DNA from: Bacteriovoracaceae bacterium
Lineage (GTDB): Bacteria; Bdellovibrionota; Bacteriovoracia; Bacteriovoracales; Bacteriovoracaceae
NCBI GenBank assembly: GCA_036770305.1
Contig: DAIPJL010000001.1
Span: 1,899-65,898 of the forward strand
DNA: 64,000 bases
Reading direction: 5' to 3'
Part shown: positions 25,378 to 36,828 of the stretch, in pieces
Layout of the letters: each line of letters begins with the position of its first letter
Numbering within the stretch: position 1 is the first letter of the stretch
Program-made: the position numbers and the translations under genes
The notes under the pieces: model-generated
The model's database searches: none
What the model was told of the DNA's origin: nothing
The model's input: only the letters and a program-made list of their open reading frames with translations

Positions 25378-26931
25378 ATGGGCTCGTTTCTAAGGCTTGT
25401 CGTCGCGGCTCTCGGCTGGCAGGCCATCCAGGACTTCTTCCGGCACCGGCGGGTGCGGGACCTCGGCGTCTGTGGCCTCTACCTCGGGGCCGCGTACCTG
25501 GTGTTCTCGCCCTCCTACGCGAACCTCGACTTCTTCTGGGACGACGAAGCCTTCATCTTTTCGAATCCGCAGGTAATCAACGCCCCTTCTTGGTCCTCCT
25601 TCTGGGAGTACGGCGGGAAGTTCTCCAAGGCCTGGCCCTTGAGCTACAGCGTCTACTGGATGATGATCAACTACTTCCCCGACTCGGGCATGATCTTCTA
25701 CAAGTCGGTGAACATCTTCCTCCACGCGCTCAACGGCTTCGTGCTCTTCGTGATCTTTCGCCGGATTCGACTGCCCCGGCCCTTCTTCCTCGCGATGATC
25801 TTCCTCGCGCACCCGCTGCAGGTGGAAGTCGTCAGCTGGGTTATGCAGCTTCAGACGATCATCGCCGGCTTCTTCGCGCTCCTTTCGATGTACTGCTTCC
25901 TGCTCTTCGGGAAGCGCCGAGCGATCTGGCCCTACACCTTCGCGTACCTCTTCTTCTTCCTCTCACTCCAGGCCAAGAGCATCGCCGTCGCCCTCCCCGT
26001 CCTCTTCTGCTACGTCATCTGGTACTGCCGGCGTCCGCTGCGCTACTACCTCGTGCTCGTGCCCTTCCTCCTCATGAGCACCCAGGCGGCGCTGCGGAGC
26101 GTGCGCGGGACGAGCCTCATGCTCGAGCGACTCAACTACGAGCTCATCGAAACGGGCCAGTTCGCGCGGCCGGGTGACCGCCGCCTCGCCGCCAACCGCG
26201 ACCACGGCTCGGACCTCAACTCCATCACGCCCTGGCGCGACGAGCACTTCTTCAACTTCAACAACTACCTCTGGGAGTCTCGCCGGCCGGAGCGCTCCAT
26301 CAGCTTCAAGCGCTCGAAAGTTTTGCAGAAGGCGATCGTCCACTATCCGACGAAGATCGTGCTCCCGGTGGGCCTCGCGTTCATCTACTCGCAGGCACCG
26401 GAGCACCCGCTCCTGGTGGGGGCGATGTGCTTCCTGCTCTTCGGCCTTCCCGTCGTGCTCTACGTCCTCAATCGCCGCCGGATCGTTTTCGCGGTTCCGG
26501 TGCTGCTCGTGGCGACGCTGCTGCCGGTCTGCGGCCTGAGCTACATCGGCTTCTTCTCCTGGTCCTACGTCGCTGACCGCTACGCCTACCTCGCGGTCAT
26601 CGCGCTGCCGCTGCTCCTGGGCATCTGGGCGCGCAAGTCCCACGACTTCGCCTACGCCGTGAAGGTCTACCTCGTGCTCGTGCTCTGCCTGAGCTACTGG
26701 TACGGCTACAAGTTCAACAATCCCCTGCGGCTCTACGCCGAGGCGCTCAACCATCGCTCGGACGCGGCGATGTACTCGCTCTACTTCGAAGAGCACCTCA
26801 GCCAGAACCTCATCCCCGAGGCGGAGGACGTGCTCAACGAAGCGGCCCGCAAGTTCCCCGATGATCCGAAGTTCAAGGCCGACCGCGTGCGCCTGGAGAT
26901 CTACAAGAAGTACCTGAAGGGGTCGAACTAG
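25378..26931 (+). CDS. Polytopic GT-C-fold (PMT/TMTC-like) membrane protein with a short TPR-like tail
   Basis: 517 aa. More than 9 predicted TM helices. First-loop acidic motif FFWDDEAFIFSNPQV. C-terminal soluble helical segment. Confidence 0.6.
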   Translation: MGSFLRLVVAALGWQAIQDFFRHRRVRDLGVCGLYLGAAYLVFSPSYANLDFFWDDEAFIFSNPQVINAPSWSSFWEYGGKFSKAWPLSYSVYWMMINYFPDSGMIFYKSVNIFLHALNGFVLFVIFRRIRLPRPFFLAMIFLAHPLQVEVVSWVMQLQTIIAGFFALLSMYCFLLFGKRRAIWPYTFAYLFFFLSLQAKSIAVALPVLFCYVIWYCRRPLRYYLVLVPFLLMSTQAALRSVRGTSLMLERLNYELIETGQFARPGDRRLAANRDHGSDLNSITPWRDEHFFNFNNYLWESRRPERSISFKRSKVLQKAIVHYPTKIVLPVGLAFIYSQAPEHPLLVGAMCFLLFGLPVVLYVLNRRRIVFAVPVLLVATLLPVCGLSYIGFFSWSYVADRYAYLAVIALPLLLGIWARKSHDFAYAVKVYLVLVLCLSYWYGYKFNNPLRLYAEALNHRSDAAMYSLYFEEHLSQNLIPEAEDVLNEAARKFPDDPKFKADRVRLEIYKKYLKGSN

Positions 26932-27521
26932 TAGGTCGTCGAGGTGTTCGGAGACTTGGCGCAGGCGGCGATCTGCAAGGGCGTCGCGATCCTTCGGACG
27001 ACGAAGGCGTCGAGTCGCTCGGTAATTTTGATGGTCGAGCTGGAGTTACTATCTACGCGCTTTTCAAGAGTTACTGTTAGAGTTAGTAATGAAGGAAGGT
27101 CTGGTCCAGCTGGTGCGGCAGTCGTATAGGAAATACGGTGTATCCGCATGAAAGGTGATATTCCAGTTAGATTCGGATCCCACGAGCCCCCACCGATTTG
27201 CATTTTATTTATTTTTGCTCCGGTGGGATTGCAGTTGAAGCCCGAAGCACACTCCATTAGATAGCCCGTAAGGTCTCCAGTTGTTGGAAGAAGCCGAAAG
27301 TTAGCGTTACAGTGCGGCGGCGAGAGCACCAGCGCGCTGATGAGCGAGAGTGCGCGTGCCTCGTCTGTTTTTGTTGTCATAAATCTTTTGTTCTTATCGA
27401 TGTTTTTCGACTGGGAGGCGAGGTAGATACCGGCCATGGTGAGGAGAGTGAGCACGAGGATCGTAGCCGGGATGGCTGAGCCTCGTTGGTTGCGGAAGAT
27501 TCTGCGGCACAAGTTCATCAT
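26928..27521 (-). CDS. Pilin-like protein, paralogue 3 (non-canonical leader)
   Basis: 197 aa. N-terminal hydrophobic helix after RNQRG|SAIPATILVLTLL. Shares the HCNANF motif and conserved Cys pattern with the two upstream genes. Visibly lower GC than its neighbours. Confidence 0.65.
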   Translation of the reverse strand: MMNLCRRIFRNQRGSAIPATILVLTLLTMAGIYLASQSKNIDKNKRFMTTKTDEARALSLISALVLSPPHCNANFRLLPTTGDLTGYLMECASGFNCNPTGAKINKMQIGGGSWDPNLTGISPFMRIHRISYTTAAPAGPDLPSLLTLTVTLEKRVDSNSSSTIKITERLDAFVVRRIATPLQIAACAKSPNTSTTY

Positions 27522-27536
27522 GCTTTTCCTTGAATC

Positions 27537-28115
27537 CTAATCGATCACCGTCGTGTTCCATGCCTTAGGACATCCTAAAACACTGCCGCCGTTCATCACG
27601 ACCGGCACACCGAACTTGAGGTTGTTGTTCTTCGTCGTAGCGCCGTCGAAGGTCTGGATGTTCACGTCGAGCGTGAGCGACCCGAGAGCGCGACCCGTCA
27701 CCGCCGCCACCGTGTAGCGCGCCGACGCGAGGCGGATGTTGTTGCCCATCTGTGTCTGCGCGAGCTTCCAGGAGGTCGTGACCACCGGGTAGAGCACGGC
27801 GGAGGTGCCGGAGCCGTTGCAGGTTCCGGAGGTGCAGCGTCGGATGGCGCCGGCGGGGAGGTTGACGTTCGTCCCCGCCGCGAGGCCGCGGAAGTTCGCG
27901 TTGCAGTGGCTACTGTTCACCATCAGCGCCGAGATGTTGTTCACGGCGAGGGAGTAGGCGTTGGTGATCGAGGACTTCGTGGCCATCTTCTGGTTGCTGC
28001 CGGTGAGCTGCATGAGGCCGACGATGGCGCCGCCGAGGATCGCGACGCCGATGAGGATGTCGATGAGCCCCATGCCCTGCTGATCCGTCGGAAGTTTTCG
28101 CACCAGTGAGTTCAT
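27537..28115 (-). CDS. Pilin-like protein, paralogue 2
   Basis: 192 aa. Leader ...TDQQG|MGLIDILIGVAILGG (Asp at +5). HCNANF, RRCTSGTCNG and C-terminal LGCP motifs. Confidence 0.7.
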   Translation of the reverse strand: MNSLVRKLPTDQQGMGLIDILIGVAILGGAIVGLMQLTGSNQKMATKSSITNAYSLAVNNISALMVNSSHCNANFRGLAAGTNVNLPAGAIRRCTSGTCNGSGTSAVLYPVVTTSWKLAQTQMGNNIRLASARYTVAAVTGRALGSLTLDVNIQTFDGATTKNNNLKFGVPVVMNGGSVLGCPKAWNTTVID

Positions 28116-28124
28116 GCCATTCTC

Positions 28125-28724
28125 CTAGAGCACCGTGCTCATCCACTTCGTTGGACAGCCGACGATGGTGGAGCCGTTGACGATCACCGGGACGCTGAAC
28201 ACTTCGACCTTCGACTTGCCACTGGAGAGGTTCTTCTCTTTGCGCTCGAGGGTTACGCTGAGCTGCAGGGTCAAGAGGCGCGTGCCGACGGCGGAGTTGC
28301 TCACCTGGTAACTGAGGGCGCGCAGGCGGATGGTGTCGGAGATTTTGGTGACGTTCTGCTGCCAGGAGGTCGTCACCACGGGGTAGTGCACGACGGCGGT
28401 GCCGGTGGTGCGGCAGTTGCCCGACTGGCATCTGCGGAATCCGCCCGGGCTGGTGATGGTTTGCGTCCCGGTGGGTCGGTTGTAGAAATTCGCATTGCAG
28501 TGTGCGGGGTTCGCGAGCATCGAGTGGATCTCGACGTGCACCTGGCTTACGTCTTCCACGGTTTTGGCGGATTTCAACACCTTCGACGAATCGAGAGTGA
28601 TCTGGGATGCGATGAGGCCGATGATCCCTAGGAGGCCAAGCGCGATGAGGATTTCGACGAGAGTGAAACCCTGTTCCTTACCCAAAACAGCATTTAGGTC
28701 GCGACGTAGCTTGTTCAAGAGCAT
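28125..28724 (-). CDS. Type IV (pseudo)pilin with canonical prepilin leader
   Basis: 199 aa. Class III signal ...GKEQG|FTLVEILIALGLLG (Gly-1, Phe+1, Glu+5). HCNANF, RRCQSGNCRT and C-terminal VGCP motifs. Confidence 0.85.
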   Translation of the reverse strand: MLLNKLRRDLNAVLGKEQGFTLVEILIALGLLGIIGLIASQITLDSSKVLKSAKTVEDVSQVHVEIHSMLANPAHCNANFYNRPTGTQTITSPGGFRRCQSGNCRTTGTAVVHYPVVTTSWQQNVTKISDTIRLRALSYQVSNSAVGTRLLTLQLSVTLERKEKNLSSGKSKVEVFSVPVIVNGSTIVGCPTKWMSTVL

Positions 28725-28914
28725 CCCTTTAAAGGTGTCCTATTATTATAAGTCGCTAAGCTATTGGAACCAAGCAGATACCCCTTCGGCACAAGAATTC
28801 AGCTAGTTAACCGAAGCTCAGGGGTGAGAAGTGCCCAGATTAATCAGCAATTCTTAACGGAGGGGCATTTTATCGGGACAAGGGTGAGTGCAGGGAGGTG
28901 GAAGGGCAAAGAAG

Positions 28915-28960
28915 GCGGCATCTTGTTCTCAGGCCTCTTAGGCGAAAAACAAGATGCCGC
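28915..28960 (-). terminator. Hairpin downstream of rpoZ (candidate terminator)
   Basis: Perfect 13-bp inverted repeat, GCGGCATCTTGTT (28915-28927) and AACAAGATGCCGC (28948-28960), with a 20-nt loop. It begins 19 nt after the rpoZ stop. The trailing U-tract is only weak (CTTCTTTG). Confidence 0.45.
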
Positions 28961-28978
28961 AAGGTGTGAGAGAGAATT

Positions 28979-29191
28979 CTAGAATTCGTCGGTGTCGTAC
29001 TCGGCTTGCATGACGTGCTTAACTTTCGCAGCGGCGATCTCACGCAGAGCAGTTACGATTTCTTTGTTACGAGACTTCACTTCGGCGTCGGCGCCTTCGC
29101 GCAGCTGCTTCACGCGCTTAGCGGTGAGGTGAACGAGTTCGTAGCGGTTTTCGACGTTTTCAAGGCAGTCTTCGACGGTCACGCGGGCCAT
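28979..29191 (-). CDS. rpoZ: DNA-directed RNA polymerase omega subunit
   Basis: 70 aa. [30 protein letters not shown] is a canonical omega N-terminus. Confidence 0.93.
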   Translation of the reverse strand: MARVTVEDCLENVENRYELVHLTAKRVKQLREGADAEVKSRNKEIVTALREIAAAKVKHVMQAEYDTDEF

Positions 29192-29262
29192 GGGGACCTC
29201 ATAGTCTAATAGGGTTGAGAACCCTCATTTTTAGAAGCTTGCGCCGCTCTTGTCAAAAGAAA

Positions 29263-31092
29263 CTATTGATACATCGCTTCAATTTGATCGGCAAAGTGCT
29301 GGAGGACCACTTTGCGACGGATTTTGAGGCTTGGCGTTAGAAAGTTCCCAGTCCCGAACTCCTCAGGGGCGATGATGAACTTCTTAATCGATTCGTACTG
29401 GGCAAGACTCTGGTTGGCGGCGTCGATGTCGGCCTGAATGAGCTCACGGATTTTTTCATGCCGGGCCAGTTCGGCGACGCTGAACTCGGGAGAGATCCCG
29501 AGTGCCTCGAGCTTCGGAAGGAAGCGCTCCTTCTCGATGGCGATCACCGCCGTGAGGAACTTGCGCTTGTCGCCGATGACCACCGCCTGCGTGATGTGCT
29601 TCTGCGCCTTCAGAAGATTTTCGATCTTCTGCGGGGCCACGTTCTTCCCGCCGCTGGTGATGATGATGTCTTTCTTCCGGTCAGTGATCTTGAGGTAGCC
29701 TTCGAGCGTGAAGTGGCCGATGTCGCCGGAGCGGAACCATCCGTCCTCGGTGAAGGCCTCGGCCGTCGCCTGTGGGTTCTGGTAGTACTCGCGGAACATC
29801 GCTTCGCTCTTGATGAGGATCTCGCCGTCGTCGGCGAAGCGGAACTCGACGTCCCCCATGGGCCTGCCGACGGTCCCGGCCACCTGCCGCGAGAGCGGGT
29901 TGAGCGAGCACGGCGCCACCGTCTCCGTGAGGCCATAGCCCTCGAGCACCGTGAGGTTCGCGTAGCGCAGGAAGCTGATGATCTCCGGCGCCAGCGGTGC
30001 GCCCCCGGAGACGAAGTAACGGACCTTACCGCCGAAGCGCTGGTAGATCTGGTTGAACACCACTCGCTGCGCGGCCTTGTAGGCGAGCAGTTCGCCGGCG
30101 CCCGGAGAGCGATCCGAGTCGATCTTCTCGAAGTACGCCTTCGCGGCTTGCACCCCGATCTTGAAGGCCTGCTGCTTCCACAGCGGCGCCGCCTCGACGC
30201 CCTCGAAGATCTTGGCGTAGATCTTCTCGAAGACGCGCGGCACGGCCAGCATGATCGTGGGCCGCACGAGCTGGAGGTTTTCGGTGAGCTTCTCGAGGCC
30301 CTCGGCGTAGACGCTCTGCCAGCCGAAGACTAAGGGGAGGAGCGAGTCGCAGCGGCCCAGGACGTGGGAGAGCGGCAGGAAGGTGAGCGTGCGGTCCTCG
30401 GGGCCGAAGGCGCCCTTGATGAAGCTGTGGACGTTGTGGAGCATCGTCGCGAAGGCGTTGTGCGTGATCACCGCGCCCTTCGGTTCCCCAGTGGTGCCGG
30501 AGGTGTAGATGATCGAGGCGACGTCCTCGGGCCGCTGCTGGCGGATGCCCTCGCGGAAGAAATCCGGGTGCGCGCGCAGCTCGTCCTGGCCTTCGCGCAG
30601 CAGGTCCCGGTAGTTCGCGTAGCTGATCTGGTTGCGGAACTTCTTCTTGGTCTCCTCGCCTAAGTCCGACAGGCCGACGATGAGCTTCAGCTCGCCGAGC
30701 TCCGCGAGGTGCGGGACGAGCTTCTCCATCTGCGCGTCGTTCTCGACGACGAGGACGCTCGCGCCCGAGTGCCGCAGGATGTACGTGACCTCGGGCCCGA
30801 GGTAGCTCGGGTACACCGGCACGACGGCGGCGCGGCCGCACATCACCGCGAGGTCGCAGAGGTGCCAGTCCTTCGAGGTCTGCGCGAGGATCGCCACGCG
30901 GTCGCCGACGGCCATGCCGTGCTTGTGGAGCGCCAGCGCGAGCTGCTCGATGGCCTGCGCGTAGGCCTTGAAGTTCATCGACTTCACCTCCTGCGCTTCG
31001 ATCCACCCAAGGGCGTCGGCGTGGGGCGTGAGCTGGAGGCGCTTGAGCAGGAGCTGGCCGATGGTTTTTTCTTTCATAGGAGTGCGATCCAA
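29263..31092 (-). CDS. Long-chain acyl-CoA synthetase (AMP-forming)
   Basis: 609 aa. AMP-binding motifs IIYTSGTTGEPKGAVITH, GYGLTET and SGDIG...KDIIITSGGKNVAPQ. Confidence 0.9.
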   Translation of the reverse strand: MDRTPMKEKTIGQLLLKRLQLTPHADALGWIEAQEVKSMNFKAYAQAIEQLALALHKHGMAVGDRVAILAQTSKDWHLCDLAVMCGRAAVVPVYPSYLGPEVTYILRHSGASVLVVENDAQMEKLVPHLAELGELKLIVGLSDLGEETKKKFRNQISYANYRDLLREGQDELRAHPDFFREGIRQQRPEDVASIIYTSGTTGEPKGAVITHNAFATMLHNVHSFIKGAFGPEDRTLTFLPLSHVLGRCDSLLPLVFGWQSVYAEGLEKLTENLQLVRPTIMLAVPRVFEKIYAKIFEGVEAAPLWKQQAFKIGVQAAKAYFEKIDSDRSPGAGELLAYKAAQRVVFNQIYQRFGGKVRYFVSGGAPLAPEIISFLRYANLTVLEGYGLTETVAPCSLNPLSRQVAGTVGRPMGDVEFRFADDGEILIKSEAMFREYYQNPQATAEAFTEDGWFRSGDIGHFTLEGYLKITDRKKDIIITSGGKNVAPQKIENLLKAQKHITQAVVIGDKRKFLTAVIAIEKERFLPKLEALGISPEFSVAELARHEKIRELIQADIDAANQSLAQYESIKKFIIAPEEFGTGNFLTPSLKIRRKVVLQHFADQIEAMYQ

Positions 31093-31200
31093 ATTTCTCC
31101 CGCAGCGGGGAAAGAATATCTTTGCGTAGGACTCTAGTTTAAGCGATTCTCGGGCCTTAGCTCAAGCGCGGCGTGGTTTGCCGCTTGCAAGCCTGCGAGC

Positions 31201-31434
31201 ATGGAAAAAATCATCGTGCTCTCGCGCTGCCGCAGAACTCGTCGCAAGACCGGCGCCGTCGGCGTCTTCGGCTTCCAGGGATTCTACCGCGGCCAGCGCA
31301 TCCGGCGCCTCGAGCTCACGGCTCCGGATACGGGAGAGTTTCACTCTGGTGAGGACTACCTGCTCTTCGTGGCCGTGAGGGACGTCGTTGCGGAGGTGCT
31401 CTACGGCGACGTGCTGCGCGTGCGCCGGCTCTAG
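31201..31434 (+). CDS. Small hypothetical protein (77 aa)
   Basis: By hand count about 83% G/C at third codon positions in this frame, matching core coding usage. It fills an otherwise 338-bp GC-rich gap. No strong RBS and no recognisable homology. Confidence 0.4.
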   Translation: MEKIIVLSRCRRTRRKTGAVGVFGFQGFYRGQRIRRLELTAPDTGEFHSGEDYLLFVAVRDVVAEVLYGDVLRVRRL

Positions 31435-31823
31435 CCGCCGGTGGAGACCGCCACGTGGTCGCCGACGATGAACTGATCGAGGTCGAGCACCGGCACGTCG
31501 TCTTTCATCTTGTGGAGCACGGTGATGGCCGCCTCGTCGCTGGTGTGGATCACCTTGAGCTCACCGATCTTCACGCGGTAGTTCACGCGCTTGCGGTTGT
31601 CGTAGGGGTCGAGCACGGAGATCACGCGGAACACGTCGAGGAGCGTGCCCTTCTTGAGGCCCTGGCCCGTGCCCATGTTCACGTAGAAATTCTTCTTGAT
31701 GACCTGCTCGTCGGTGCCCATCGGGAGGTCCTGGGCGACGCTGTAGATCAGGTAGGAGCGCGCGTGGCTCGCGCGCGGGGAGAGTGTGAGGAAAAGAACG
31801 AAAATTACCAACAGCGCCTTCAT
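31431..31823 (-). CDS. Small secreted hypothetical protein
   Basis: Start taken at MKALLVIFVLFLTLSPRASHA (signal peptide). The track start at 31868 adds a Pro-rich extension. Beta-rich body. Confidence 0.55.
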   Translation of the reverse strand: MKALLVIFVLFLTLSPRASHARSYLIYSVAQDLPMGTDEQVIKKNFYVNMGTGQGLKKGTLLDVFRVISVLDPYDNRKRVNYRVKIGELKVIHTSDEAAITVLHKMKDDVPVLDLDQFIVGDHVAVSTGG

Positions 31824-31920
31824 CGTGACCACCTTGCAGGGAGGAGGCATTGTGGGGCTTGTCGGCAAATTTATCCGGGGTCTTTAAGGCGGGAACCCGC
31901 TCGGGCCCCCGCCTTAACCG

Positions 31921-33644
31921 TCACTTTTCGTCGGTTAAGTTAAAGTACTTAGTATTATTGAAGATGATGTCCGAGTAGCGGAAGTTCTTCACCTTGCTCT
32001 GGGTGAGCGTGTAGCTGCGCGTGTAGTAGAGCATCACCCAGGGGAGGTCGCGGTGCAACTCCGCCTCGAGCTCCTCCATGAGCTTGTGCTTCTCGGGTCC
32101 TTCTTCCATGACGCTCACGCGGTTGAAGATGTTGTCCACCTTCGCGTTGGAGTAGAAAGAGGCGTTCGGGCCTGGCGGGAAGTTGTTCGAGGTGAGGAGT
32201 TGCAGGATGTTCTCCGCGTCCGGGTAGTCGACCACCCAGCCGCCGTGCCAGAACTGCAGCTCGCCGCGCCGGGAGCGCTCGAGGAACACCGGGAAGGAGT
32301 TGAGGTTCGGCTTGGCAGGGATGCCCATCGCGCGCAGTTCCTGCACCACGAACTCCGCCATCTGGCGCTGGAGCGTCGAGTTGCCGCGCACGTCGAAGGT
32401 GATCTCCGGCAGGCCCTTGCCGTTCGGGTAGCCGGCCTTCGCCAGCAGTTCCTTCGCCTTCGCGAGGTCGTAGCGGTAGGGCAGCTCCGCCGACGGGTTA
32501 TAGCCCGGCACCCCCGGCGGGTAGATCGAATTCGCCTTCTGGCCGGTGTTGTTGGTGAAGAGCTTGATGAACTTCTCGACGTCGATGCCGTGGGAGATGG
32601 CCTGGCGGAGCGTGAGATTTTTTCCGACAACGGGGTCCTTCATGTTGAAGGCGAGCCACCAGTAGATGAGCGTCGGCGCCACCTGGAGCTTCACGTTCTT
32701 GCCCTTGAGCTCGGCGTTGAGCTTGCCGTCGCGGTCGAGCGCGGCTTCGTAGTAGTCCTTCGTGAGCGAGAGCACGTCGATCTTGCCGCCGAGGAAGTTC
32801 AACCAGCTGGTCTGCTGCTCCTTCATCACCACCATGGAAACGCGGTCGACGAAGGGGAGTTTTTTCCCCGCGTCGGTGAGGAGGCCCTGTTCGTTGGCGA
32901 AGCGGTCGCCCTGCGAGGGGTAGCTGCTCGAGACGTAGCCCGGGAAGCGCTCGAAGATCGCCTGCTGGTTCGGGTTGTAGTCGACGAGCACGAAGGGGCC
33001 GGTGCCGACCATCGCCATGTTCAGATCGTTCTTGAAGTGGCGCACGGCTTCGGCGGGCACGGGAGAGGTGAAGGTCATCGCCAGCGAGAAGAGCAGCTGC
33101 GGGAAGGGCTTCGTGAGCCGGATGACGAGCGTGTGCTTGTCCGGCGTCTCGAGGCCCGACACCGCGGTGGTGAAGAGCGCCTCGAAGTCATCCTTCACCT
33201 TGGTGCGCCAGTCGTCGAGGCCCTGGATGCGGTTCTCGAAGAGCCACCAGCCCTTCCCTTGCGTCGGGACGAAGGCCTGGCGCTTGATCGCCATGACGAT
33301 GTCCTGCGCCTCCACCACGCGGTCGGGAGCGAGGAAGCTCTGCGGGTGGTAGGGAATGTTCTTCTTGAGCTTGATGGTGATCTTCTTGCCGCCCTCTTCG
33401 AAGATCGGCATCTCCTCGGCGAGCAGGGGCCGCAGCTGATACGGGCGCTTGAGGTACTCGTACTCGTAGAGCGTCTCGTAGGAGTTCGCCACCACGGGGG
33501 CGCAGACCGTGTCGTAGCAGCCGGCCGGGTCGATGGTCGAGAGTTCCGAGGAGAGCGAGAGACGTAGCTCCTTGAGCGACTTCTCTTTCTTCTGCGTGCA
33601 CGCGGCGAAGAGAAGGAGGGAAGAGCAAGCGAGAAGAATGCGCA

Positions 33645-33648
<4 letters not shown>
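31921..33648 (-). CDS. ABC transporter solute-binding lipoprotein, family 5 (peptide/nickel type)
   Basis: 575 aa. Lipobox LLLFAAC. SBP_bac_5-like sequence throughout. ATGA overlap with the alaS stop. No permease or ATPase genes nearby. Confidence 0.85.
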
Positions 33649-36257
<2,609 letters not shown>

Positions 36258-36330
36258 AAAACCTCTCTCTCATTTCGAGGCTTTGAGGCTATCACGCTCA
36301 GACGGGTTGTTGCTAGTCCTGTGCGGCGAG

Positions 36331-36795
36331 TTATGCCATCGCCGCATCGACGGCGCGCTTCACTTCATCGTAGCCGTGGCCGCGGGCGATGAGGTAGCGG
36401 CAGACCTTCTCTCGTAGCTTCATGCGGCCCTCCCGGTCCGCGGGAATCTCCCGGCCGCGCAGCTTCTTTTCCACCAGGCGGGCGATGCTTTCGCCGCTGC
36501 CCTGGCCCATGTCTTCGCGCCACTCGGTAAGTTCTTCGCGGGTGAAGGTGAGCTCTTCCTGGGAGCCGCGCCGCTGGATCATCGTGTCGGAGTAGCCCTT
36601 GGCGATCCAGCGCCGCGCTAGCAGACGTTTGTACTCGCCCTCGCGCAGGTAGTTCTTCTCCTGCAGCTTGGCGATGGTCTCGTCGATCTCCGCGGGAGCG
36701 AACTCCTTGAGCCGCAGCTTCTGGCGCAGCTTGAAGGCCGAGTAGTCTTGCCCGGAGAGGAGGTAGAGGGAGTACTGGTACGCAGATTGAGTCAT
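36331..36795 (-). CDS. recX: RecA regulator RecX
   Basis: 154 aa helical-repeat protein immediately downstream of recA. RecX-like repeats (YSLYLLSGQDYSAFKLRQKL...). Confidence 0.85.
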   Translation of the reverse strand: MTQSAYQYSLYLLSGQDYSAFKLRQKLRLKEFAPAEIDETIAKLQEKNYLREGEYKRLLARRWIAKGYSDTMIQRRGSQEELTFTREELTEWREDMGQGSGESIARLVEKKLRGREIPADREGRMKLREKVCRYLIARGHGYDEVKRAVDAAMA

Positions 36796-36798
36796 GGT

Positions 36799-36823
36799 AA
36801 AAAAAGGGGCCCCGAAGGGCCCC
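36799..36823 (-). terminator. Rho-independent terminator between recA and recX
   Basis: On the minus strand: GGGGCCC-TTCG-GGGCCCC followed by TTTTTTT. It starts 6 nt after the recA stop and ends 3 nt before the recX ATG. Confidence 0.8.
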
Positions 36824-36828
36824 TGTGC

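Noticed and set aside
28725-28860. Possible sigma54 (-24/-12) promoter upstream of the canonical pilin gene
   Set aside because: I read the minus strand upstream of 28724 and found no GG-N10-GC element with flanking TGGCAC/TTGC character. A CGGCAC-N5-TTCAG-like string is on the wrong (plus) strand.
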